From NCBI RefSeq assembly GCF_008000775.2, contig NZ_CP042905.2:3780001-3812000 (forward strand): a DNA stretch of 32,000 nt, given 5' to 3'. The notes under the pieces were generated by a model, which was not told the DNA's origin, did not search any database, and saw only the letters and a program-made list of their open reading frames with translations. This DNA comes from Promethearchaeum syntrophicum (GTDB lineage Archaea; Asgardarchaeota; Lokiarchaeia; Sigyniarchaeales; Promethearchaeaceae). Shown one piece after another: positions 9,120 to 17,894 of the stretch; within the stretch, counting starts at the first letter, position 1; each line of letters starts with the position of its first letter. A program made the translations under genes and the position numbers.

Positions 9120-9127
9120 ATGAAGGT

Positions 9128-10003
9128 ATGACTATGAATTTTCTAACTTATTTTAAAGAAAAAGCAAAAAAATTTGAAAGAATAATAGGGATTGGTCTAT
9201 CCAATGATATAGAAATAACTGAAAACATCATTCAGATAGCAAAGAAGATCGTAAAATCAACAAAAAATGAAGTTTTGCTTGTTGGAGACCATTCTACTAT
9301 TGATGTAATAAAAAAAAAAAAACAGAAATTAAATAAAAATATAAAATTCATTGCTAGTTCGGAACCGGCAAATTTTTTAGCACACCAATTATTTCAAGAA
9401 CATTCTTTGGATGCCATTATTCGTGGAGGCTTAAGCTCATCTGAATTTATTAAAAAAATTAAGAATTTCGGAAAATATGAAAAAATTAATCGTTTAGCCT
9501 TATTAGAAACAAATACGGGAAAACAATTCTTTTTTGCAGGTGTTGGGATAGATGAAATTAATAATTTTGAACAAAAATTTGAACTGATGCAAAATTCAAT
9601 TGTTTTCTTAAATAAAATTGGAATAACTCCCAAGATAGGAATATTATCTGGAGGCCGCAATAGTGATTTAGGACGGGACTCTTGGATCGATGAAAATATA
9701 AAAAGCTCAATTAGATTAGAAGAAAAATTAATAGAATTATATCCCAATATTACTATTAAACATTATCAGATCTTAATTGAGGCAGCTATTTCTGATAATG
9801 TGAATCTAATTCTTGCACCTGAAGGAATTGCGGGAAATTTAATATATAGAACACTTGTACATTTAGGCGGGGGAAGATCCTATGGAGCCATATATTTGAA
9901 ATCATATAATAACAATAAAATAATTATCGATTGCTCGAGAATCGCACCAAAATTTGAAATTGAGGGAGCGTTCTATTTCGCTCTTGGTGTTCAATCCGAA
10001 TAA
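9128..10003 (+). CDS. PTA_PTB/PlsX-fold protein (phosphate acyl/acetyltransferase-like, possibly MtxX-like)
   Basis: LILAPEGIAGNLIYRTLVHLGG resembles the PDxEAGNIxYK block of phosphate acetyl/butyryl transferases. Start moved to the ATG at 9128 (MTMNFLTYF), 8 nt after the upstream stop. The tracked ORF start at 9026 overlaps the CPBP gene. Confidence 0.55.
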   Translation: MTMNFLTYFKEKAKKFERIIGIGLSNDIEITENIIQIAKKIVKSTKNEVLLVGDHSTIDVIKKKKQKLNKNIKFIASSEPANFLAHQLFQEHSLDAIIRGGLSSSEFIKKIKNFGKYEKINRLALLETNTGKQFFFAGVGIDEINNFEQKFELMQNSIVFLNKIGITPKIGILSGGRNSDLGRDSWIDENIKSSIRLEEKLIELYPNITIKHYQILIEAAISDNVNLILAPEGIAGNLIYRTLVHLGGGRSYGAIYLKSYNNNKIIIDCSRIAPKFEIEGAFYFALGVQSE

Positions 10004-10032
10004 TTTAAAACAATATAAAATCTGATAATGTT

Positions 10033-10380
10033 ATGGATCCTAAAAAGAAGCATCCTTTGAAATACAAATTGAAATTAATTGTAAATCAGCATAGAATCGG
10101 TACTAAACCTTATATTTTGAATACTTTGGGAAATCTTTGTCAAGGATTTTTATCTGAACTAAAAGATGTTCCTAAAAATGAGAAGATCAATATTTTGATT
10201 GTTCCTAATTCAAAAGAAGATGAAAAAGTCAAAATTTTTAGTCCTTCAGAAACAATTCCCATCCAAATATTTGTTCAAGATTTAATCATGAAAACACTGT
10301 TGGGATTTATTTCAACTTTAGAAGGGATTCCCGATGATTTAGAAAATTCAGAAACCAAAATAATGATTGAACCTAAATGA
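10033..10380 (+). CDS. Hypothetical protein (115 aa), translationally coupled to truA
   Basis: ORF with ATG start. Its stop overlaps the truA start in an ATGA junction (10377-10380). No family recognised. Confidence 0.5.
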   Translation: MDPKKKHPLKYKLKLIVNQHRIGTKPYILNTLGNLCQGFLSELKDVPKNEKINILIVPNSKEDEKVKIFSPSETIPIQIFVQDLIMKTLLGFISTLEGIPDDLENSETKIMIEPK

Positions 10381-11231
10381 ATGAATTAAAGAGATATTTA
10401 ATTAAAATTTGGTATATAGGTAGAAATTTTGTTGGATCTCAAAGGCAACCTGAAAAAAGAACTGTAGAAGGAGAATTACTTAAAGCTTTAAAAAAAGCAG
10501 AATATCTTACAGAGACCCAAGTATCAAGTTTCAAAGCAGCAGCACGCACAGATGCAGGAGTTCATGCAAAAGAAGCAGCGTTCTGCTTTAATTCTATGGA
10601 AAAAATTTATATTCAAAGAATTGAATCATTTTTACCAGACGATATAGGCATTATTGGATATCAAGAGGTTAATTTAGAATTCCATCCTCGTTGGGAAGTA
10701 GAAATGAAGGAATATAAATGCATATATGTTTTAAAAGAAGGAGAAAATCCATCATTAAGTTTAATGAAAGAGGCATTAAAGTTTTATGAAGGAAATCATG
10801 ATTTTAAATTATTTTCAAAAACAGATGCTTCTAAAAAGAATAAATTAACTAATCTTACTATGAATAAAGCGAGTGTGGCTAATTATGATGAAGATAAACA
10901 GACATTAGTATTTAATTTTCAAAGCAAATCTTTTTTATGGCAACAAATTAGAAGAACTATTGCGTTCATACTGAAGATTGGGAATGGAAAAGCGAATTTA
11001 GAAGATTTGAAAGCAAAATTGGATCCTCAATCATTCAATAATCCATCCATAAAAAGAGATAAACCAATTGAACCAGGAGGATTAATACTCTGGAAGATTG
11101 ATTTTCCCGGAACACTTAATTTTAATTTTGAGAAGAAAAGCTCAAAAAAACAGAATGAATTCATCAAAGAATTTGAGCGAAATTTACACCAACAAAGAAG
11201 CACAATGCGATTATTTCTCACAGAAGATTAA
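10377..11231 (+). CDS. truA: tRNA pseudouridine synthase A
   Basis: YLIKIWYIGRNFVGSQRQP...RTVEGELLKAL and the catalytic AARTDAGVHA block are diagnostic of TruA. Confidence 0.9.
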   Translation: MNELKRYLIKIWYIGRNFVGSQRQPEKRTVEGELLKALKKAEYLTETQVSSFKAAARTDAGVHAKEAAFCFNSMEKIYIQRIESFLPDDIGIIGYQEVNLEFHPRWEVEMKEYKCIYVLKEGENPSLSLMKEALKFYEGNHDFKLFSKTDASKKNKLTNLTMNKASVANYDEDKQTLVFNFQSKSFLWQQIRRTIAFILKIGNGKANLEDLKAKLDPQSFNNPSIKRDKPIEPGGLILWKIDFPGTLNFNFEKKSSKKQNEFIKEFERNLHQQRSTMRLFLTED

Positions 11232-11241
11232 GGGATGAAAT

Positions 11242-12120
11242 ATGAATAGAAAATTAACAGATATCTTAGTAGGAAGACCACATTTAGATGAATTGCCCGA
11301 ATCTGCAAAAAGAGCCTACTATATTACTTCCAACTCAAATGTTCCAATTCAAAATCTAGAAGAAATTGCACAATATATTTGGAACCGTATTGATAAGGTA
11401 AATGTGGTTTCTATTTTTACAGGGTTTTACAGTAAATATGGTTATGAAACTGATGGTCCTGTGGGATCTTTAATATTAGCAGATTTTTTTGCAAAAGCCA
11501 ATATTTCGGTTCAGATTTGCTGTGAAACTGATCTTTTGGATATTATGAGACCAATCGCAAGTGAACTTTCTTTGTCAAAATTGATTTCCTTCACGAAATT
11601 TGAAAATTTTTTTTATAAGAAGAACTCAATTTTGATTACCATTGAAAGACCTGGTGAAAATAGCAGAGGAATTTGCCATTCTATGAATGGAAAAAAAATC
11701 AATCATTCAATCCTTCCAATAGAGTTAGAAATCCAAAAAAATCCACCAAACGCATGGATTTCAATCGGTGATGGAGGAAATGAATTAGGAACGGGTTATT
11801 ATCGAACTGCTGTCGAAAAAGTTATCCGATATGGAAAACAATGTAAATGTGGTTGTGGAGGAGGAATTGCAGCATATAAAAAAGCAGATAGATGCATTTT
11901 ATCAACAACCTCAAATTTTGGAGCGGTTTCTCTTTCATTGGAGTTAGCTAAACAGAACAATATCGAATGGAAAGTATCTACAATTAAAGTCACCAAAATT
12001 ATTGAGAGTCTTAATAAACTAGGGATAAAAGATGGAGTAACAGAAAAAGCAGGCACAGTTGATGGTATATCGGTTGATTTAAGGAATAAAATGTATGATC
12101 TGTTGAAATTTTCATTTTAA
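11242..12120 (+). CDS. DUF4392 / D-glutamate cyclase-like domain protein (tentative)
   Basis: YETDGPVGSLILADFF, TIERPGENSRG and ISIGDGGNELGTG resemble my recollection of the conserved blocks of the DUF4392 (D-glutamate cyclase C-terminal-like) family. This is unverified. Confidence 0.45.
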   Translation: MNRKLTDILVGRPHLDELPESAKRAYYITSNSNVPIQNLEEIAQYIWNRIDKVNVVSIFTGFYSKYGYETDGPVGSLILADFFAKANISVQICCETDLLDIMRPIASELSLSKLISFTKFENFFYKKNSILITIERPGENSRGICHSMNGKKINHSILPIELEIQKNPPNAWISIGDGGNELGTGYYRTAVEKVIRYGKQCKCGCGGGIAAYKKADRCILSTTSNFGAVSLSLELAKQNNIEWKVSTIKVTKIIESLNKLGIKDGVTEKAGTVDGISVDLRNKMYDLLKFSF

Positions 12121-13098
12121 ATCTTTAGGATTTGAATCCATAATTGCCATTTTTCCAATTAAAGCATTTAATTGAATCTCTTCGGTAGCGCCTTGTGATA
12201 ATCGGTATTCATACTCTGCTAGTATTTTTATAATATCCATTTTTGTTCTCTCATCAACATCCAAATTAAATGTCTCTTGGTGCATTTGTCTAACAATATT
12301 GCGTCCAGAAAGCCCGTAAGAATTAAAAAATTCATCTAATTTTCTTTTTGCAATCATAAATTGTTGAGCTAACGCAGCTTTCATTAGGATTCTTATTTCT
12401 TGAGGATTAATTTTTCCTGTAATTTGATAAACTATTTCTTCAGATACAACATCACCGATAGATGAACATGCTTGCAAATAATTAATAGCTCTTCTAAGAT
12501 CCCCATTAGATACATATATTAGCGCATCCATACCATCTGGTTGAATTTTTAAACCTTCATGCTTTACAACTTGTTTAATTCGACCTTTAATTTCATTTTC
12601 AGAAAGGGTTGAAAAACGAAACATTGAAGTCCTCGATTGAATCGGAAGGATTATTTTATTAGAGTAATTACAAATTAATATAAATCTACAATTAGCAGTA
12701 TATTTTTCCATTGTTCTTCTTAAAGCTTGCTGCGCCGCTGCTGTGGTACTATCTGCTTCATCTAAAATTAATATTTTAAATGGGACTCCTTCGGGAGGTT
12801 TAGATTTTGCAAAATCTTTAACATCGGTACGGATAACATCTATTCCACGAGCATCACTAGCATTCAGCTCTAAATAACTGATATTTCGTTTCATCTTTCC
12901 TTTAAACATATCACGAATTAAGGCAAGTGCACATGTAGTTTTGCCAGTCCCAGCAGGACCTGCAAACATCAAATGGGGCATAGAACTATCGTTTACAAAT
13001 ACTTTTAACCGTTTTAATATTTCAGTTTGGCCCACAACATCATCAAGATGGCGAGGTCGATACTTTTCAACCCAGGGTTGCTGACTCTGATTTGACAT
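12112..13098 (-). CDS. rfcS: Replication factor C small subunit
   Basis: PWVEKYRP box, Walker A GPAGTGKTT, Walker B ILDEADS, and an SRC-box region present as IQSRTSMFRF. The 3' end overlaps the convergent upstream gene by 9 nt. Confidence 0.93.
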   Translation of the reverse strand: MSNQSQQPWVEKYRPRHLDDVVGQTEILKRLKVFVNDSSMPHLMFAGPAGTGKTTCALALIRDMFKGKMKRNISYLELNASDARGIDVIRTDVKDFAKSKPPEGVPFKILILDEADSTTAAAQQALRRTMEKYTANCRFILICNYSNKIILPIQSRTSMFRFSTLSENEIKGRIKQVVKHEGLKIQPDGMDALIYVSNGDLRRAINYLQACSSIGDVVSEEIVYQITGKINPQEIRILMKAALAQQFMIAKRKLDEFFNSYGLSGRNIVRQMHQETFNLDVDERTKMDIIKILAEYEYRLSQGATEEIQLNALIGKMAIMDSNPKDLK

Positions 13099-13172
13099 AA
13101 TTCACATTAAATAAATATAATTTAAATAAAAATATGATTGTTAAAGCGATTTTTTAGATTTATTAAATTTCA

Positions 13173-14567
13173 TTAAAATAACTCATTCAGCTCTAAAAAA
13201 AGCTGCTGCAGTTTAGGATAGGTCAGTTTTATATATTGATTTTGTTTGGAAAGTCCAATTGAAGACACTTTTTTAAATGCAGCTTGAGTGGTTAATAATC
13301 TGATTTCAATATACTTTTTATGGAGATGAATTTTAGTGTTTGGATCATTTTTCATTGGTTTTATAACTTCATTCAATTGATTAAGAATGTCAAGTATTTC
13401 TTCGTATTTCCGTCCAGGCTCATAAGATTTCTCCATAAAATTGTTTAATCTTTGCAAAATTATAAAATAAAATTCATAGTACGAATTGACATTATTGAAA
13501 TCTATCCTAAATTTTGAACGTTTGAACATAGTAGCACTCATTTGCCAATAAAAAGGGTATTTCAAAGCATATGGATATAAAAGTTGGTTTATTTTCAGAG
13601 ATAATAGACCATTTTGTACTCTATAATCTTCTTTTCCTTGTTGTAGATTTATTAGATCCTCCTTAATTTCAGCAGATTCATTTTCTGGATTTAATGATAG
13701 AAGATCGATTCGAGGGAAAAATTTTACAAGTGAGCGACTTAAGTCTTTCTGGGGAAAAGAATGGCAAGGAACAACCGGAGTACCTAGTTTAAAATATAAA
13801 TATGTTAGTAATTGAGGGCAAGGTATGAGAAATTTATATTTTTCTCTCTTGTAAATAAAAGGAACACGGAGCTGTCGGTGATTGAAATAATCTTGCATGA
13901 TAAAAACACAGCGGTTTTTATTCAAATGATCTTCAATTTCAGCAGATAATGTCTTAAAATCAGAGGTTACGGGGATAAACAGATTATTGCAGCGTTTCAA
14001 CCAAGGTTGAAAAAGAAATTCATTTTCCTTAGAAGCAATGATTACCACTTCGTTTTTCTGTATTTTATTTTCAATCTTGATTTTAGTATGAACAAGAACT
14101 GAAACAGGATGATAAATTTCTCCCATATGTATAAAAGGAATTAAAACACCTTTCTTTTCTTGAAGGGCATCTAGGATTTCATTATAATTTTCCATTTTTA
14201 CATATTGATTAATACTTTGAAACGTATGCTTTGGTATATTAAAAGTGACATCCAAAAACAGATCACCCATATAAGATATAATTTGCAATGCCCAGCGCAT
14301 CATATTTACTTTTTGAAGGAATTCTTTACAATATAGAAAAATCCAGGCTTTTTTCAATATTGGGAATACTTTTTTTAATAGAAAAGGTCCTAAAATTATC
14401 GATACTAATCGAAAAGGAAGGAAAGATTTTTTGCCAATATGACGATATATGCCAGATGTTTGGATATAATGTGCAAAACGAAAGATAGGATTATAATCTA
14501 TGAAATTTTTGTGCATCTTCATTTTTGCAGTCTTATCTAAAGTTCTTGAATTGTTTTCAATATCCAA
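13173..14567 (-). CDS. LpxL/HtrB/PatA-like (LPLAT superfamily) acyltransferase-like protein, paralog 1, with C-terminal extension
   Basis: 464 aa. The blocks GVLIPFIHMGEIYHP, VFIMQDYF..LRVPFIY..FLIPCPQLL....LGTPVVPC and KYPFYWQM....FKRS line up by eye with the HxGnwE, Dq...v.FFG...t..g...LA...g.pvvP and PeQYxWxHxRfK blocks of the lipid A late-acyltransferase family. The TTG start is supported by comparison with the paralog. Confidence 0.55.
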   Translation of the reverse strand: MDIENNSRTLDKTAKMKMHKNFIDYNPIFRFAHYIQTSGIYRHIGKKSFLPFRLVSIILGPFLLKKVFPILKKAWIFLYCKEFLQKVNMMRWALQIISYMGDLFLDVTFNIPKHTFQSINQYVKMENYNEILDALQEKKGVLIPFIHMGEIYHPVSVLVHTKIKIENKIQKNEVVIIASKENEFLFQPWLKRCNNLFIPVTSDFKTLSAEIEDHLNKNRCVFIMQDYFNHRQLRVPFIYKREKYKFLIPCPQLLTYLYFKLGTPVVPCHSFPQKDLSRSLVKFFPRIDLLSLNPENESAEIKEDLINLQQGKEDYRVQNGLLSLKINQLLYPYALKYPFYWQMSATMFKRSKFRIDFNNVNSYYEFYFIILQRLNNFMEKSYEPGRKYEEILDILNQLNEVIKPMKNDPNTKIHLHKKYIEIRLLTTQAAFKKVSSIGLSKQNQYIKLTYPKLQQLFLELNELF

Positions 14568-14572
14568 ATCGA

Positions 14573-14633
14573 CTCATCTCAAAATAAATTCTCATTAAAT
14601 ATTTTTCTAAATTATGATAAGAATAAAAAGCCT
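14573..14633 (-). promoter_or_regulatory. Conserved upstream leader/promoter blocks of acyltransferase paralog 1
   Basis: ctcatctcaaaata (14573-14586) and aataaaaagcct (14622-14633) are identical to blocks at the same offsets upstream of paralog 2. On the sense strand they read TATTTTGAGATGAG (SD-like) and AGGCTTTTTATT (TATA/BRE-like). Confidence 0.35.
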
Positions 14634-14738
14634 TGGATTGAATTTTATCAAAGTTACATTAATTGCTGACTCCCAAATCTGTAAATGAGTTGAGAAGAAT
14701 CAAAAAATATGAGAAATTGATATTTTGTATAATAAGCA

Positions 14739-16133
14739 TTAAAAAAGGTTGATCAACTCTAAAAATAATTGCTGAATTTTTGGATAGTTTTGTTTTACAT
14801 AATGATTTCGCTTGGAAAGTGCAATTGAAGCCACCTTGTTTATTGCCGCTTGTGTCGATAATAATCCGATTTGAATATATTTTCTATGAATATTGAATTT
14901 GGTTTTCGGATCAACATTCATTGGTTTAATTTCATCATTCAAAAGATTAATAATCTCGAGAATTCTCGTATCTTTACGTCCTGGTTCATAGGATTTTTCA
15001 ATAAAAGTTTTTAATCTTTTTAAAATAATTGTGTAAAACTCATAATAGGATTTTACATTATTGAATTCAATTTTATAGCTTGAACGTTTAAATAAGGTAT
15101 ATATCATCTGCCAGTAATAGGGATATTTCAATGCATATGGATATAGAAGCTGATTGATTTTTAATGATAAAAGTCCATTTTGTTGTCTATAATTTAATTT
15201 ATTTTGACGCAATTTTAGAAGGTCCTCTCTAATTTCTGGAGATTCTTTATCTGGATCTAACAAATTTATATCAATTTTTGGAAAAAATTTAACCCGAGAT
15301 CTCGACATATCTTTTTCGGGTAATGAAAGACAAGGAACAATCGGAGTTCCTAATTTGTAATGACAAAATGACAATAATTGGGGACATGGGATTAAGAAAT
15401 TGTATTTTTTACTCCCGTATATAAACGGAACCCTCAGCTGATGTTTTTTAAAATAATCTTGCATGATAAAAACGCTTCGATTTTTAATTAAATGTTCTTC
15501 AATTTCTTTGGATAGAATTTTAAAATCAGCTGTGACAGGGATGGATAAATTATCACAACGTTTCAGCCATGGTTGAAAGAGAAATTCATTTTCCTTGGAA
15601 GCTATTATAACCACACCATTTTTTTGTACTTTATCATGAATTTTGACTTTAGTGTGGACTAGAGCTGAAATCGGATGATACATTTCCGCCATATGGATGA
15701 AAGGAATTAAAATTCCTTTATCTCCTTGCAGTGCTTTTTGAACCTCATCGAAACCTTCTAGTTTACAAAATCTATTCATGGAATCAAAATTATGATTAGG
15801 TACGAAAAAAGTTATATCTAAGAACATATCTCCCGTGTAAGAAATTAATTCTAAAGCCCATCTCTTTAAGTTTACTTTATGAATAATTTGTTTTGGATAT
15901 AGAAATTTCCAAGCTCTTTCAACAGTAGAATACCCTTTTTTAAGGATTAAAGGTCCAAGAATAATAGATAATAATCGGAAGGGATAAAACGGGAAACGGG
16001 AAAACTTACGATATATACCAGATGTTTGAATGTAATGCGCAAAGCGAAAAAGAGGATTGTAATCGATGAAGTTTTTATGAATTTTCATTGATGCTTTCTT
16101 ATCTAAAGATCTGGACTGATTTTCAACAACCAA
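14739..16133 (-). CDS. LpxL/HtrB/PatA-like (LPLAT superfamily) acyltransferase-like protein, paralog 2
   Basis: 464 aa, gaplessly alignable to 13173-14567 and roughly two-thirds identical by eye. Same motif blocks (GILIPFIHMAEMYHP; VFIMQDYF..LRVPFIY; KYPYYWQM....FKRS). TTG start. Confidence 0.55.
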   Translation of the reverse strand: MVVENQSRSLDKKASMKIHKNFIDYNPLFRFAHYIQTSGIYRKFSRFPFYPFRLLSIILGPLILKKGYSTVERAWKFLYPKQIIHKVNLKRWALELISYTGDMFLDITFFVPNHNFDSMNRFCKLEGFDEVQKALQGDKGILIPFIHMAEMYHPISALVHTKVKIHDKVQKNGVVIIASKENEFLFQPWLKRCDNLSIPVTADFKILSKEIEEHLIKNRSVFIMQDYFKKHQLRVPFIYGSKKYNFLIPCPQLLSFCHYKLGTPIVPCLSLPEKDMSRSRVKFFPKIDINLLDPDKESPEIREDLLKLRQNKLNYRQQNGLLSLKINQLLYPYALKYPYYWQMIYTLFKRSSYKIEFNNVKSYYEFYTIILKRLKTFIEKSYEPGRKDTRILEIINLLNDEIKPMNVDPKTKFNIHRKYIQIGLLSTQAAINKVASIALSKRNHYVKQNYPKIQQLFLELINLF

Positions 16134-16138
16134 TGTTT

Positions 16139-16199
16139 CTCATCTCAAAATAGTTCTTTTAATGTATTTTTTTTTAATTACTAAATAAATAAAAAGCCT
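16139..16199 (-). promoter_or_regulatory. Conserved upstream leader/promoter blocks of acyltransferase paralog 2
   Basis: ctcatctcaaaata (16139-16152) and aataaaaagcct (16188-16199) sit at the same offsets (6-19 and 55-66 nt from the start codon) as in paralog 1. Confidence 0.35.
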
Positions 16200-16342
16200 A
16201 TGGTTTAAAATATGAAAAAAAAATGAGTATTTGCCAAATCTATATAGTAAGGTGTTTATTTTTAGAAAAACTGTCAAGAAACCTAATTGAATTTATTAAA
16301 AAGAATAAAAAACAATTAAAAAATAACTGTAAAAAAACATAT

Positions 16343-17050
16343 TTAATTTTTTACAAGAAATCCACGTGCGATCTCAATCATTCCAATATTTAAGCATACT
16401 TGACCTATTATTTCTAAAACTATACCACCAGTCCCTGCTATCAAATTACCAACCAAAAACAGAGTAATTCCTAAAATAATAAATATCATGCCGATCGAAA
16501 ATAATTTCAACTGTTTTTTGACCTTTTCAGCTTGAGCTTGTTTTACCAAACTTACAAACTTAAAAAGAACATAAAACACTATAGCTAAGCGATAAAGTGT
16601 AATATATGCTAATAAGATAGGATCAGTACTAGTGTTTACTTCTCCTTGATTATATAAATTCATATCTTCTATCGTTGGATATTCGATTGCATATCCTACG
16701 ATTGAAGTTAAAAATAGACCAAATGCTATTAGTAGATATTTTGGTTTTATAGCGATAACTTCCGAATATTGAAGAATGAATTCAGTCATAAGCAAACAGG
16801 CTAGACTTAAATTGAGGAGAACATTGGTTGTCACCATTATAGCTAAGGTTAGGCTTGCATCCGTTGTTATCAGGTGATATACAGTGAAACCCCCAAATCC
16901 AAGCGCAACAAATAAGAAAAACAGAGCAAAGAATCGATTTAACCAATAATCTGGATTCTTTCTGATCTCTACGACTGCACTGATTAACGCAACAATAACG
17001 GTGATTATGGATAAAATAATCTTGACTTGACCCAAAGTAATAGGTGCCAT
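16343..17050 (-). CDS. Seven-TM integral membrane protein, unknown function
   Basis: 235 aa with ATG start. About seven hydrophobic segments of roughly 20 aa are visible. It has a KQAQAEKVKKQ loop and no recognisable catalytic motif. Confidence 0.6.
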   Translation of the reverse strand: MAPITLGQVKIILSIITVIVALISAVVEIRKNPDYWLNRFFALFFLFVALGFGGFTVYHLITTDASLTLAIMVTTNVLLNLSLACLLMTEFILQYSEVIAIKPKYLLIAFGLFLTSIVGYAIEYPTIEDMNLYNQGEVNTSTDPILLAYITLYRLAIVFYVLFKFVSLVKQAQAEKVKKQLKLFSIGMIFIILGITLFLVGNLIAGTGGIVLEIIGQVCLNIGMIEIARGFLVKN

Positions 17051-17130
17051 ACTTATTCAATTAGAATCTTCACTAAATAAATCTTTTCAAATAATATTAA
17101 GATGAGAATATAGGAAAAAAGAAAAAAAAT

Positions 17131-17811
17131 TTACCCAGTAATAACTTTAACTACACCCGTGTCGGTGTCAATTAAAACTCCTTCAAGTTTTCCCTCTTGA
17201 CATGTTCCTGAATTAGCATAGATGCGGTTTTCAATTTCTTCATATGTCGAACCATGACAATGACCACAAACAACGATATCATACCCTTTTTCAAATTTTT
17301 TAAGAGCAAATTTTCGAACTTTGTTCCGTAATGCTTGATTCCAAAATTTTTTTTTACAAAAGTGATTATCGATTCCTGGAAAAATTTTTTCAATTCCTCC
17401 TAATATCCATGAAAAAAACCTAGATATTGAAGATTTAAAGCCAGTATCTACTTGAAAACCATGAGTTATAAGTCCTAATTTATTGGTTTTTGTTGTAAAA
17501 TGATAAAACAACCGACCTCTTCTTCTATAATCGTGATTTCCGACTAAAAGCTCAACTCTTTCATCTGTTTCTAAAAAATTTATCATTTTTGGATGAGCGA
17601 CCCTAATTTTTTTCATCTTAACTTGCCATTTTTCATATATATCACCATTAGCAATTATTTTTCCAGGATTATATTGATTAATAAAGGAAATTAATTTATC
17701 CTCTCGCTCCGATGTGACTCCAAAATTACCAAAATCATCCGTTCCTGTTCCATCAGCTAAGTGTAAATCGGAAAAAACAAAAATATAATTTTTATTTATA
17801 TTATTCGACAT
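17131..17811 (-). CDS. Calcineurin-like metallophosphoesterase, LpxH/YbbF-like subfamily
   Basis: The full metallophosphatase motif set is present: FSDLHL, NGDIYEKW, VGNHD, ITHG, CGHCHG. The GDIYEKW block resembles the GDLFEAW block of UDP-2,3-diacylglucosamine hydrolase LpxH. Confidence 0.8.
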   Translation of the reverse strand: MSNNINKNYIFVFSDLHLADGTGTDDFGNFGVTSEREDKLISFINQYNPGKIIANGDIYEKWQVKMKKIRVAHPKMINFLETDERVELLVGNHDYRRRGRLFYHFTTKTNKLGLITHGFQVDTGFKSSISRFFSWILGGIEKIFPGIDNHFCKKKFWNQALRNKVRKFALKKFEKGYDIVVCGHCHGSTYEEIENRIYANSGTCQEGKLEGVLIDTDTGVVKVITG

Positions 17812-17894
17812 TTTCTTAATTAATTTTTAAGATTTTGGACCTAAATAATTTTCGTCTATGAAGTATTTATTAAACCAAAAAAAGGAAAAATATC

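Larger units (their letters stand above)
13173..16206 (-). repeat. Tandem duplication of a roughly 1.57-kb gene-plus-leader unit
   Basis: The stop codons are 1566 nt apart (13173 vs 14739) and so are the start codons (14567 vs 16133). Similarity continues about 70 nt upstream of each start codon. Confidence 0.85.

Noticed and set aside
9394-12056. Minus-strand ORFs 9394-9747, 11027-11221 and 11799-12056
   Set aside because: They are antisense shadows of the PTA-like, truA and DUF4392-like genes and show no recognisable features.
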